Made by a program: the position numbers and the translations under genes
DNA from: Gammaproteobacteria bacterium
GTDB taxonomy: Bacteria; Pseudomonadota; Gammaproteobacteria; Ga0077536
DNA length: 64,000 nucleotides
NCBI GenBank assembly: GCA_020845935.1
Contig: JADLEV010000039.1
Coordinates: forward strand, 32,078-96,077
Direction: 5' to 3'
Part shown: positions 1 to 8,664 of the stretch, in pieces
How positions within the stretch are numbered: the first letter of the stretch is position 1
Layout of the letters: each line of letters opens with the position of its first letter
Notes under the pieces: generated by a model
What the model was told of the DNA's origin: nothing
The model's database searches: none
What the model saw: the letters and a program-made list of their open reading frames with translations, nothing else

Positions 1-1304
1 AGCAAATCGGCGGCCAGATGATCGACCCGAAGCGGCCGCGGCGTACCGTCGCCGCCCGCTGCCGGATGTTCCTCGGCCGCGGTGACGACGAGCAGCGCGT
101 GATGCCGAATGCCGTGCTGGCGCAGCGTGTCGAGCAGTGCCGCACGTTGTTCGTCCCAGCGGCCAAACAGGCACAGCACGCCACTCAGGCTGGCCAACTC
201 GCGGCGGATCAGTGTGGCCAGACGGCCGAACTCGGCATTGCTCCGGGCTTCGTTCAACGCCAGCGCACGCAGCAACGCCCGGCGATCGGCGACGCCGCGG
301 CCGCTGGTCAGGTGGATCGACTCGGCACCGATCAGCATCAGGTCCAACAGACCATCGGGCCGCCGCGGTTGTGCCGCGAACGATGCCGCGACGCTGAGTA
401 CCGCCTCGAGCACGGGGGGCGGCCGATCGGCGACGAAGGTATCGACCACGAGCGCCTGCCGGTCGAAAAACTCGTCCTGGAATTCGCGCACGATCGGCCG
501 ACCGTAGCGCGCCCAGGCGCGCCAGTGCACGTGCTTGACCGGGTCGCCGGCACGGTAGTCGCGCAGGCGCACGAATTCCTGCGCATCGGCAACCGTGGCG
601 GCGAGGCGAACGCCGCCACGCTGGTAGCGGCGATGCGACGGCAGTTGCAGCCGCGGCGCCGGCAGTAACGCGGGCAAGGCGATGGTGCTCGCATGGGCGT
701 CGATGATGGTCCGGGCGTACATCAGGCCCAGCGGATCGGGGCGCAATATCTCGATGCCGCAAAACTCGATCGCGCCGCGCCGCTCCGGCAGGAACCGCGC
801 GACGATGGTGACCGGCTGACCAGGCGGCAGCACCGGCAAGGCGAGTGGTTCGTGCCGCAATAGCGGCGCGGTGCGGCTCAGGCGCCGGGCGTGGCGCCAG
901 CGCTGCCATCGCGCCCATGGCAGCGATGCCTGTGGCGCCGCGACCGCACGCTGGCAGTCACGCAACAGCAGGCCGTGCGCCGGGACGGAAAGAGGGTTGG
1001 TGACGCGCAGGCTGTAGCGGGCGCTGCTGCCGACCGTGACATATTCCGGCAGTTGCCGGGTCACCTCGAGCCGTGGCCGGGACCGCCAGGTCCAGAAGGT
1101 GGCAGCCGCCAGCAGCGCGAAACAGGCGAAACCCAGCAGCGCGGCGGCCGCATGCGTACCGTCCAGCCCGAACATCACGCCGGAGATCCCGGTCACGCAC
1201 AGCACCTGACCTTGCTCGGTCAGGCGATGGCGGAACCAGTCGCCGAACCTCCGCCGGATGCCACCGCCGCGACGCGGTTTCAGCGCGGCACCGGAATCTC
1301 GCAC
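1..1304 (-). CDS. DUF58 domain protein, 3' end beyond window. Not in the ORF track because no stop lies inside the window.
   Basis: My manual reverse-strand translation is open from a GTG at 1304 to position 3. It reads ...IRRRFGDWFRHRLTEQGQVLCVTGISGVMFGLD (N-terminal TM segments) ...EFVRLRDYRAGDPVKHVHWRAWARYGRPIVREFQDEF..., which matches the DUF58 signature (R-x-Y-x-x-G-D...HW). It lies directly downstream of MoxR and overlaps its 3' end by about 25 nt, as in MoxR-DUF58 operons. The start codon is uncertain. Confidence 0.7.
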   Translation of the reverse strand, partial: MRDSGAALKPRRGGGIRRRFGDWFRHRLTEQGQVLCVTGISGVMFGLDGTHAAAALLGFACFALLAAATFWTWRSRPRLEVTRQLPEYVTVGSSARYSLRVTNPLSVPAHGLLLRDCQRAVAAPQASLPWARWQRWRHARRLSRTAPLLRHEPLALPVLPPGQPVTIVARFLPERRGAIEFCGIEILRPDPLGLMYARTIIDAHASTIALPALLPAPRLQLPSHRRYQRGGVRLAATVADAQEFVRLRDYRAGDPVKHVHWRAWARYGRPIVREFQDEFFDRQALVVDTFVADRPPPVLEAVLSVAASFAAQPRRPDGLLDLMLIGAESIHLTSGRGVADRRALLRALALNEARSNAEFGRLATLIRRELASLSGVLCLFGRWDEQRAALLDTLRQHGIRHHALLVVTAAEEHPAAGGDGTPRPLRVDHLAADL

Positions 1305-2230
1305 AGGATTTCCCGGACGATGTCTGCCGCTGCGGTCCCGGCATGGCGTGCGCCCGGCTCGAGTACGAGCCGGTGCGCGAGCGCGGCGCTGGCGATCTCC
1401 TGGATCTGATCCGGCGTCACGAAATCGACGCCGTCGAACAGCGCCAGCGCGCGGGCGAGTTTCACCAGCGTCAGCGATGCCCGCGGACTGGCGCCGAGAC
1501 CGATGCCACCACGATCGCGAGTCGCGGCGACGATCCGTACCGCGTAGTCGATGACCTCGTCGGTGATGCGGATGGTCGCCGCGGCCGTGCGTGCCGCGAG
1601 GATGTCGTCACGGGTGACGCAAGGCGTCACCCGCTCCAACGGATGAACGAGGCCCTGTTCGCGGACGAACGCGGCTTCGGTCGCGAGCGGCACGTAGCCG
1701 AGCTTGAGACACAGCGCAAACCTATCCATTTGTGCTTCAGGCAGTGGATAGGTGCCGTGGTAGTCGACCGGATTCTGCGTCGCGATGACGAAGAACGTCT
1801 CGGCGAGACGATGTTGCGTGCCATCGAGACTGACCTGACCTTCGGCCATCGCTTCGAGCAGGGCCGATTGCGTGCGCGGCGAGGCGCGATTGATCTCATC
1901 GGCGAGCAGCACTTCGGTGAACACCGGTCCGCGGTGCAGTTCGAAGGTCTGGGTCTGCTGATTGAACACAGAGATGCCGAGAATGTCGCCGGGCAGCAAA
2001 TCGGCGGTGAACTGCACGCGTTGGAAGTCGAGGCCGACCGAGCGGGCCAGTGCCTTGGCCAGCGTGGTCTTGCCGGTGCCGGGATAATCCTCGAGCAACA
2101 CATGGCCCCCGGCGACGAAGGCGGCGAGCAGTTGCCGGATGGTCGCTTGCTGGCCATGGATCACACCGCCGATGCTCGCCGCGAGGCGGGCACAGTCGGC
2201 GGCGGCCAGGGTCGCTTGCGGGGTTGTCAC
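1280..2230 (-). CDS. MoxR-family AAA+ ATPase
   Basis: Walker A GHVLLEDYPGTGKTTLAKALARS, then FQRVQFTADLLPGDILG and LLADEINRASPRTQSALLEAM, typical of MoxR. I trimmed the start to the GTG at 2230, which forms a GTGA overlap with the upstream gene's stop (2227-2229). Confidence 0.9.
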   Translation of the reverse strand: MTTPQATLAAADCARLAASIGGVIHGQQATIRQLLAAFVAGGHVLLEDYPGTGKTTLAKALARSVGLDFQRVQFTADLLPGDILGISVFNQQTQTFELHRGPVFTEVLLADEINRASPRTQSALLEAMAEGQVSLDGTQHRLAETFFVIATQNPVDYHGTYPLPEAQMDRFALCLKLGYVPLATEAAFVREQGLVHPLERVTPCVTRDDILAARTAAATIRITDEVIDYAVRIVAATRDRGGIGLGASPRASLTLVKLARALALFDGVDFVTPDQIQEIASAALAHRLVLEPGARHAGTAAADIVREILCEIPVPR

Positions 2231-3243
2231 GGTTGGGTGCCGGCGGGTTGCGGCAAAATCTCGAAATACAGCAGCAAGGTGTTCTGCAGCGGGTTCGCGC
2301 CGTCGTCGCTGACGAGAAAGTAGCGGTTGCCTTCGTGATGCGCGATTCCCTCGAAGTTGTCCATCGCCCAATCATCGCGCGAGTTGAACTTGACGATTTC
2401 CCGCGCCGTGACCTTGCCCGGGGCATGCAACTGATCATGGGAAATCATGCGCACCGCGAAAATGATCGGCCGCAACAGCGATTGATACACTCGTTCCAGC
2501 ACGAGCAGGTCGCCCGCGGGCGTCACTTCCAGGCCGACCAGAGCGCTGTACTTGCTGTCCAGTGGCGCGAACTCGAAGGCATTGCCGCGTAAGTCGAACA
2601 CCGCAAGCCGGCTCTGGTCCGCGTCGCGCAGCGGACGCTCGATACCGAGCAGCAATCCGAGATCCGGATGCAGCGCGACTGCTTCAATCTCGCGATGGCC
2701 TTCGGCGAAGTTCTTTGGCACCGTGAGCCGCGGTGGCAGTTCAAGCGTGCGTTCGAGTTCTCCGTTCGACCGGTACAGCAGCAGACGTGCGGGCTTTTCC
2801 AGACCGATGGCGAGCCGGGTATCGCCCTTGGTCCCGTTGTCGGCGTGCAGCAATGCCATCCCTTCCGCATCGGACGCGGCGGCAGACAACGGCGCACCGG
2901 CGGCGTCTCGCAACGGCATCGCCGCGACGAAGTCGGCAGCGATCAGCACGCCGCCATCGAACCTCGGCCGCAGCTGCAACAGGTCGCCGTTGTCGGAAAC
3001 GGCATACAACAATCCCTCGTCGGCATCCCAGCCGAGTGACGACAGTTCGCGCGGCGAACCGCCTGGGACTGGCTTCTGGCTCAGCGACACCGCGCCGAGC
3101 AGGCGTACCCCTTGAAACGTGCTGCGCAGACCATGATCCGGCGACAACGCATGCGGTTTGCTGAAGGTGATATCGGCGTGGAGCGGAGGCGCCGCCAGAG
3201 ACAGCAAGGCCGCCAGCCAGCGGATGGAGCGATGCGTCGGCAC
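2227..3243 (-). CDS. Secreted esterase-like-activity-of-phytase family protein (Phytase-like domain)
   Basis: YAVSDNGDLL near the N-terminus and DNFEGIAHHEGNRYFLVSDDGANPLQNTLLLYFEI at the C-terminus resemble the Phytase-like family from memory. A GTG at 3243 gives a signal-peptide-like N-terminus, VPTHRSIRWLAALLSLAAPPLHA. The track ORF extends to 3351. Confidence 0.6.
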   Translation of the reverse strand: MPTHRSIRWLAALLSLAAPPLHADITFSKPHALSPDHGLRSTFQGVRLLGAVSLSQKPVPGGSPRELSSLGWDADEGLLYAVSDNGDLLQLRPRFDGGVLIAADFVAAMPLRDAAGAPLSAAASDAEGMALLHADNGTKGDTRLAIGLEKPARLLLYRSNGELERTLELPPRLTVPKNFAEGHREIEAVALHPDLGLLLGIERPLRDADQSRLAVFDLRGNAFEFAPLDSKYSALVGLEVTPAGDLLVLERVYQSLLRPIIFAVRMISHDQLHAPGKVTAREIVKFNSRDDWAMDNFEGIAHHEGNRYFLVSDDGANPLQNTLLLYFEILPQPAGTQP

Positions 3244-3358
3244 TGATTGCAGGGAGCTCACAAGTGCGTCGGACGGTACCACAAGTTCGGTGCAGGTGTA
3301 ACGCCGCGGTCCGGTTATGACGTTGCCGCAGGTTCGCACCTGGTTTGTCAAAAGGCTG

Positions 3359-3382
3359 GTCGCGAAATAGTATTGTCGCGAC
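3359..3382. promoter_or_regulatory. Inverted repeat GTCGCGA-N10-TCGCGAC in the divergent promoter region, about 30 nt upstream of the L,D-transpeptidase ATG
   Basis: A perfect 7-nt inverted repeat read directly in the sequence. Function (operator or 5'UTR hairpin) is unknown. Confidence 0.2.
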
Positions 3383-3410
3383 GCATTTCGGGCGAGTTGC
3401 GAAGCACATC

Positions 3411-4397
3411 ATGGCATTTCCGACGCAGACGCGGCCACAGCGGTGGCCGAGATTCCTACTTCAGTTCCTTGGTGTAATCGTTTTACTGAGCAGCGCGCCG
3501 TCGCCCGTGGTTCGAGCGGCGACCTACGCGCTGCCGACGAACGGTGACAACATCATCGGGGCAAGCGAAATCATTCGCGCCCGGGCTGACGACAACTTCT
3601 TCGTGGTCGGCCTGGCCTACGGATTGGGATACACGGAATTGCAGATCGCCAACCCCACGTCCGATCCACTGCTGCTGCGTGGTGGTGCCGAGGTCTTGGT
3701 CCCGACCCAGTACGTGTTGCCGGACGCGCCCTACGAAGGGATCGTCATCAATGTGCCGGAAATGCGCCTGTACTATTTTCCCCCTGCCAAGCAGGGTAAA
3801 CGCGAGGTGGTCACTTTTCCGATTGGCATCGGCCGGCAGGACTGGATGACGCCCAAGGGATTGACGCGGATCGTCAGGAAGCAAAAGGACCCGGCCTGGT
3901 ATCCGCCCGAATCAATCCGCAAGGAACATGCGGACGAAGGCGACATTCTGCCCAAGGTCGTCCCGCCGGGACCGGATAACCCGCTCGGTCGTTACGCAAT
4001 GCGACTCGCGATAAACGGATATCTGATCCACGGCACCAACAGGGTCTATGGCATCGGCATGCGCGTGACCCACGGCTGCATCCGGATGTATCCGGATGAC
4101 ATCGAGTCGCTGTTCGCGATGGTGCCGGTCGGGACCTCAGTGCGCATTGTCAATCAACCGTTCAAGATCGGGCGCCTTGGTGACTCGCTGCACCTCGAGG
4201 TTCATCCCTATCTCGAGGAGGACGCTGAAGCGTTTCAGGCGCACAACCTGACGGTGATGCAGTTGATCGTCAATCGCGCCAAGGAGCGAGGCGCCGAGCT
4301 GGATTGGGACGGGATGCAGCGCGAGTTGCAGGCGCGGAGTGGGGTTCCCAGGCCGATCGGCCGGCTGCTGGATGTGAAGATCGCTGCACGCCCGTAG
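3411..4397 (+). CDS. L,D-transpeptidase (YkuD/ErfK/YbiS family)
   Basis: Catalytic motif region YLIHGTNRVYGIGMRVTHGCIRMYPDDIESLF (HGC). The ATG at 3411 gives a signal-like N-terminus, MAFPTQTRPQRWPRFLLQFLGVIVLLSSAPSPVVRAA. Confidence 0.85.
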   Translation: MAFPTQTRPQRWPRFLLQFLGVIVLLSSAPSPVVRAATYALPTNGDNIIGASEIIRARADDNFFVVGLAYGLGYTELQIANPTSDPLLLRGGAEVLVPTQYVLPDAPYEGIVINVPEMRLYYFPPAKQGKREVVTFPIGIGRQDWMTPKGLTRIVRKQKDPAWYPPESIRKEHADEGDILPKVVPPGPDNPLGRYAMRLAINGYLIHGTNRVYGIGMRVTHGCIRMYPDDIESLFAMVPVGTSVRIVNQPFKIGRLGDSLHLEVHPYLEEDAEAFQAHNLTVMQLIVNRAKERGAELDWDGMQRELQARSGVPRPIGRLLDVKIAARP

Positions 4398-4398
4398 C

Positions 4399-4427
4399 AA
4401 AAAAAAACCCCGCAGGGTGCGGGGTTT
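4399..4427. terminator. Intrinsic terminator between convergent genes. It is strong for the minus-strand lipoprotein gene and weaker for the plus-strand gene.
   Basis: A9 (4399-4407), then CCCCGC-AGGGT-GCGGGG (4408-4424), then TTTC. On the minus strand the hairpin is followed by U9. Confidence 0.75.
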
Positions 4428-4455
4428 CATTGGCGTCCGGAATGCTCCGGTCCGG

Positions 4456-4752
4456 TTACTTCTTCAGGATTCTGTCGAGGACTTCCTGGATCTTCTTGGT
4501 GTTGTCGTTGCAGCAGGTCTGCGCGGCAGACGCAGCGGTCTGGGCGCGACGTGCGGCTTCGGCGGCTTCGGAAGCCGTCCGCTGTGCATTGTCGGCGGCG
4601 GTCTTCGCGGCACGCGCCTCGGACAGTGCTGAGTTTGCGGCGCTCTTGACTTCATCGAGCTGTGCCTTCGTTACGTAATCACACCCGGCAGCAATACCCG
4701 CGGCGAGGACAAGCGCGGTAATCCGGCCGCCAAGCTTCAGTGCATTAACCAT
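4456..4752 (-). CDS. Lpp/OprI-like alanine-zipper outer-membrane lipoprotein with C-terminal lysine
   Basis: The ATG at 4752 is preceded by AGGAGAAGAAATCT (good SD). Lipobox LAAGIAAG-C. The mature part is Ala/Glu/Lys-rich coiled coil (AANSALSEARAAKTAADNAQRTASEAAEAARRAQTAASAA) ending ...ILKK. Confidence 0.75.
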   Translation of the reverse strand: MVNALKLGGRITALVLAAGIAAGCDYVTKAQLDEVKSAANSALSEARAAKTAADNAQRTASEAAEAARRAQTAASAAQTCCNDNTKKIQEVLDRILKK

Positions 4753-4845
4753 AGATTTCTTCTCCTGAGTCGACATAAGTGAACCCCCCAACGGGGATTG
4801 CCGTAGCAGCCGCGATCATGACGTATTTTTTTTTTCGGTGCAATT

Positions 4846-5496
4846 TCAATCGGCCAGAAAACTGACAAGCAAACAACGGGATGCCTCGCATTGCTCCAGT
4901 TGATCGACCAGATCGACCAGGATTCGCGCCGTCGCGCCCCAGATTTCCTGGTCGTCGTAATCGACGGCGACATATTCGATGTCCCGCGACTCGAAGCGGC
5001 GGATCCGGCGCAGGTAATTGCGCCGATCGACCAAGTGACGCAGCGGGACCCGCATGATCGCCGCCACCTCGCGCGGATCGGCGGCAAAGCGGGTGGATTC
5101 CGCCAGGACGCCGACGAATGGCTGAATGTCATAACCGGACGGCGTATAGAGCCGGTTCAGTCGGCCGAGCACCGCCACCTCGGCTGGCGCAACGCCGATT
5201 TCCTCGGCCGTTTCCCGCAGGGCCGTGTCGAGCAGCGACGCATCCCCCGGATCCCTGCGACCGCCAGGAAAACTCATTTGCCCGGCGTGTGCACTCAGGT
5301 GGTCGGTCCGGCGGGTCAGGACGACGTCATAGCCGCCCCGCGTGCGCAGGATTGGAACGAGCACGGCGGCATCCTGCAATGGCTGCTTTGGTCTTGGCAC
5401 CTCGGGCACCGGTGTGCTCAACGGCAGCGGCTGCCCGTCCGGCCAGCGCAGCGACGCGGCGAGCGTGCGCAGCAGGGCGGTGGCGGCATCGGTCAT
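4846..5496 (-). CDS. NUDIX hydrolase, CoA pyrophosphatase-like
   Basis: Nudix box FPGGRRDPGDASLLDTALRETAEEIGV and the overall NudL-like layout. Confidence 0.8.
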   Translation of the reverse strand: MTDAATALLRTLAASLRWPDGQPLPLSTPVPEVPRPKQPLQDAAVLVPILRTRGGYDVVLTRRTDHLSAHAGQMSFPGGRRDPGDASLLDTALRETAEEIGVAPAEVAVLGRLNRLYTPSGYDIQPFVGVLAESTRFAADPREVAAIMRVPLRHLVDRRNYLRRIRRFESRDIEYVAVDYDDQEIWGATARILVDLVDQLEQCEASRCLLVSFLAD

Positions 5497-5586
5497 ATCC
5501 GGGGTTCCAACTCAGGGTGTCGAGGTGAAGGGCTGCGGTATCGCCCGGCGTGGCACGGTACCTCCTGGTCGCGTGTCACGGTCAGG

Positions 5587-6198
5587 TTACTGGAGGTGCA
5601 GCAGCCGGGCATTCTGCTTGAACTGCGCCTTAAGGAAATCCATCTGGTCGGCCAGGATGCGCCGGTTCGACAAGGCCAGAAACTCCGCCCAGTTCGGCAC
5701 GTACGGTACCGCCAGCAACGGCATGCCGGCCCGCTCCGGTGTCCGGCCACCCTTGCGCGCGTTGCAGTCACGGCAGCAACTGACGACGTTGCTCCAGCAA
5801 TCGCGGCCTCCCAGCGACAACGGCATCACATGATCTCGCGTCAGATTGCGATCGAGAAACGCTTTGCCGCAGTACAGGCACAAGTGGCCGTCGCGGCGAA
5901 ACAGTTCATGGTTATTGAGCGGGGGAACGACGCGATGCTGCGGCTTGGTGAATACCGACCGTTTGACGGCGACAATCGAGTTGATTATCTGGCAGGAACG
6001 CCGGCCGGTATGCCGGCACAGGCCGCCGTAAAAAGTGAACTCATGGTTGCCTGCGGTCCATGCAACCAAACCCTTGCAGTACAAAGTGACTGCGTCCTGC
6101 CAGGGGATCCAGCGGACCGGCGTACCGGCCGCATCGACCCGCAATATCAGTGGTGCCATAAGCTGCTTCCACGGTCCAACCGGCCGAATGAACCACAT
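5587..6198 (-). CDS. HNH endonuclease domain protein
   Basis: CLYCGKAFLDRNLTRDHVMPLSLGGRDCWSNVVSCCRDCNARKGGRTP (HNH with Cys pairs). An alternative ATG at 6159 has a GGAAG SD-like sequence upstream. Confidence 0.75.
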   Translation of the reverse strand: MWFIRPVGPWKQLMAPLILRVDAAGTPVRWIPWQDAVTLYCKGLVAWTAGNHEFTFYGGLCRHTGRRSCQIINSIVAVKRSVFTKPQHRVVPPLNNHELFRRDGHLCLYCGKAFLDRNLTRDHVMPLSLGGRDCWSNVVSCCRDCNARKGGRTPERAGMPLLAVPYVPNWAEFLALSNRRILADQMDFLKAQFKQNARLLHLQ

Positions 6199-6264
6199 GC
6201 CACGTTCAGGTCACCGGCTGCACTGCGAGCAGGCAACCTGATGGCGTGCGGATAATATACCCCA

Positions 6265-6687
6265 ATGCATGACGAAGGCAGTCAGATGACCGACCACGAG
6301 GCAGCGTCGCGCGATGCCTCATCAGCTTTGCTGCTGGCATTGGTGATCCAACGGCGTGCGGCGATGCAGGGCTTTGATTGGCGCGATGCCGCCGGACCGC
6401 TGGCCAAGATCAGCGAAGAGCAGGCGGAACTCGCGAGTGAAATCGCAAACGGCGCGACGCCGGAGGTGTTGAGTCTTGAACTGGGCGATCTGTTGTTCAG
6501 TTGCGTCAATCTGGCACGGCATCTCGCGATCGATCCTGAGCAGGCGTTGCGCCGGTGCTGCGAGAAGTTCCAGCGCCGCTTCGCGCACATCGAGCGCAGC
6601 ATCGAAGGTCGCGGCCTGCGCCTTGATGCGGTCGGTATCGATGAATTGGAGCGGCTGTGGCAGGAAGCGAAGCGAGACGAATCCTGA
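6265..6687 (+). CDS. Short MazG-type nucleoside triphosphate pyrophosphohydrolase
   Basis: GFDWRDAAGPLAKISEEQAELASEI...LGDLLFSCVNLARHLAIDPEQALRRCCEKFQRRF resembles the MazG catalytic half-domain. An alternative ATG lies at 6286. Confidence 0.7.
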   Translation: MHDEGSQMTDHEAASRDASSALLLALVIQRRAAMQGFDWRDAAGPLAKISEEQAELASEIANGATPEVLSLELGDLLFSCVNLARHLAIDPEQALRRCCEKFQRRFAHIERSIEGRGLRLDAVGIDELERLWQEAKRDES

Positions 6688-6794
6688 AACAAGATCGCTG
6701 CGGTGGTGCTGCAATTGCGATGACACGCTTAGCCCTCTGACCAAGTCCCGGAATGACCTGTTCAGAGTATCTTCAACCCAACAAGGAACTGACC

Positions 6795-7424
6795 ATGACC
6801 TTTCCGTCCTTCTTCGAACAGGCGCCGCGACTCAAGGTGCGCGATGCGCTCGCCGAACTGCTTGGCGCCGCATCCGGCGGCGTCCTCGAATATCGCTACG
6901 AGGACGCGGTGAAACTGGCCGGACACTCCTGTCCGACGGTCGCGTCGGCATACCAGTTGACCCGCCTCGCGCTGCTCGCGCTCTGGCCGGACCAGCTGCC
7001 GCAACGCGGCGCGGTGCTGGTCGAGTTCGCGGCGCCGTTTGGCGAAGGCGTCACCGGCGTCATCGCCAGCGTCGTGACGCTGCTGACCGGCGCGGCGCAG
7101 GAAGGTGGTTTCAAGGGACTGGCCGGACAACACGTGCGGCGTGATCTGCAACGATTCTCGCGTGAGGTGCCATGGCAGATGCGGTTGACTCGGCAGGATA
7201 CCGGCGCCGCAGTCGATGCCTCCAGCGACCTGAGCGTCGTCCCGGCGGATCGCGACATGTCGCCGTTGCTGTCGGCTTGCCTGGCCGGTCGCGCGAGCGA
7301 GGAGCAGCGGCGGCGGTTCGCCGAGCTGTGGCAGCAGCGGGTGGCGAAGGTGCTGCTCGATTTTGCCGATGACCCGCGTGTGTTCCGGATCCGCGCCGTG
7401 CCGGCGGCTACTTCTGGCGGGTAA
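6795..7424 (+). CDS. Conserved hypothetical protein with weak FmdE-like GHxCP motif
   Basis: The ATG at 6795 is preceded by AAGGAA. EDAVKLAGHSCPTVASAYQLTRLAL resembles the FmdE-family HGHxCPG region; no other assignment was possible. Confidence 0.5.
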   Translation: MTFPSFFEQAPRLKVRDALAELLGAASGGVLEYRYEDAVKLAGHSCPTVASAYQLTRLALLALWPDQLPQRGAVLVEFAAPFGEGVTGVIASVVTLLTGAAQEGGFKGLAGQHVRRDLQRFSREVPWQMRLTRQDTGAAVDASSDLSVVPADRDMSPLLSACLAGRASEEQRRRFAELWQQRVAKVLLDFADDPRVFRIRAVPAATSGG

Positions 7425-8295
7425 TCACGTAGTCCGCCAGCGCGCGCAGGACCGAGAAGTCCACGGCGCCATTGGCAAGATTGGCGAGCGCTTCGGCATG
7501 CAGTGCCTCGGCGGCGGCACGTGCGCCCTCGAGTCCGAGCAAGGCCGGGTAGGTCGATTTGTCGTTGTCCTCATCCGAGCCTTGCGGTTTGCCGAGCACC
7601 GCGGTGTCGCCGACCACGTCGAGAATGTCGTCCTGGACCTGGAAGGCCAGGCCGAGACAGCGGCCATAGTGATCGAGTTGCGTCGCGATCGGGGTCGCGC
7701 CGGCGCCGGCGGCGAGCACGCCGAGCCGGATGCTGGCGCGAATCAGGGCACCGGTCTTGCACAGGTGCAGTTGTTCGAGCGCTGCCAGCGCCAGACGTTG
7801 TCCGGTCGCGGCGAGATCGAGTGCCTGACCGCCGACCATTCCGGCGGAGCCGCTGGCGGTGGCGAGCGTGGCGAGCATCGCGACCCGAGTCGCGTCGTCG
7901 CACGCCGGCCCCTGCGCCAGCACTTCAAACGCAAGTGTCTGCAAGCCATCGCCGACCAGGATCGCGGTCGCTTCGTCATACGCCTTGTGGCAGGTCGGCC
8001 GGCCGCGCCGCAGATCATCGTCATCCATCGCCGGCAGATCGTCATGCACCAATGAATAGGCATGAATCAGTTCGACTGCCGCGGCCGGCGCGTCGAGCAG
8101 TTCGGGCGCCGCACCAAGCGCACCACCGGCGGCATAGACCAGTGTCGGCCGCAGGCGCTTGCCTGGCGCCAGTGCGGCGTAGCGCATTGCCTCATGCAAT
8201 CGAGTCGGAGAGCGGTCGGCCGGCGGCAACCAATGCTCCAGCGCGCGCTCGACGCGCTGGCCGTACCGTGACAGCGTGGCGGTGAAATCCTGCAT
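7408..8295 (-). CDS. ispA: (2E,6E)-farnesyl diphosphate synthase
   Basis: FARM motif LIHAYSLVHDDLPAMDDDDLRRGRPTCH and second motif AFQVQDDILD. It lies directly downstream of xseB, as in many proteobacteria. Confidence 0.9.
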   Translation of the reverse strand: MQDFTATLSRYGQRVERALEHWLPPADRSPTRLHEAMRYAALAPGKRLRPTLVYAAGGALGAAPELLDAPAAAVELIHAYSLVHDDLPAMDDDDLRRGRPTCHKAYDEATAILVGDGLQTLAFEVLAQGPACDDATRVAMLATLATASGSAGMVGGQALDLAATGQRLALAALEQLHLCKTGALIRASIRLGVLAAGAGATPIATQLDHYGRCLGLAFQVQDDILDVVGDTAVLGKPQGSDEDNDKSTYPALLGLEGARAAAEALHAEALANLANGAVDFSVLRALADYVITRQK

Positions 8296-8301
8296 CGATG
8301 G

Positions 8302-8553
8302 TCAGTCGTCGGGGTTGGGATCGGGTGGTGGGAGATCGGTCAGTGCCTGACTCAGGCCATGCTGCACCAGCAACTGCACCTTCTGTTCTGCTTCAGCGAG
8401 CGCACCCTGGCAGGCACGGATCAACGTCACTCCCTGTTCGAATTGCTTCAGCGCTTCATCGAGGCCGTACTCACCGCGCTCCATCTTGTCGACCAGCTGT
8501 TCCAGTGCCGCGAGCGCCTGCTCGAAATTGAATTGCTGTTTGCGTGGAGACAT
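8302..8553 (-). CDS. xseB: Exodeoxyribonuclease VII small subunit
   Basis: 83 aa; FEQALAALEQLVDKMERGEYGLDEALKQFEQGVTLIRACQGALAEAEQKV is typical XseB. Confidence 0.9.
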   Translation of the reverse strand: MSPRKQQFNFEQALAALEQLVDKMERGEYGLDEALKQFEQGVTLIRACQGALAEAEQKVQLLVQHGLSQALTDLPPPDPNPDD

Positions 8554-8664
8554 GAATGACCGGCGGCGGGGAACGAGTGTGCGGCACTTTAACGAGTGCC
8601 GATCAGCCGGTCAAATGGCGTGCGTGGCAACCGACTCAGGGCAGAAAACAAGCATCGAGATTGC

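Noticed and set aside
18-1409. Plus-strand ORFs 18-668 and 891-1409, and the N-terminal part of 1073-2323
   Set aside because: The opposite strand carries an uninterrupted DUF58 reading frame with its signature motif, plus the MoxR gene. The plus-strand translations are Arg/Pro/Ala junk.
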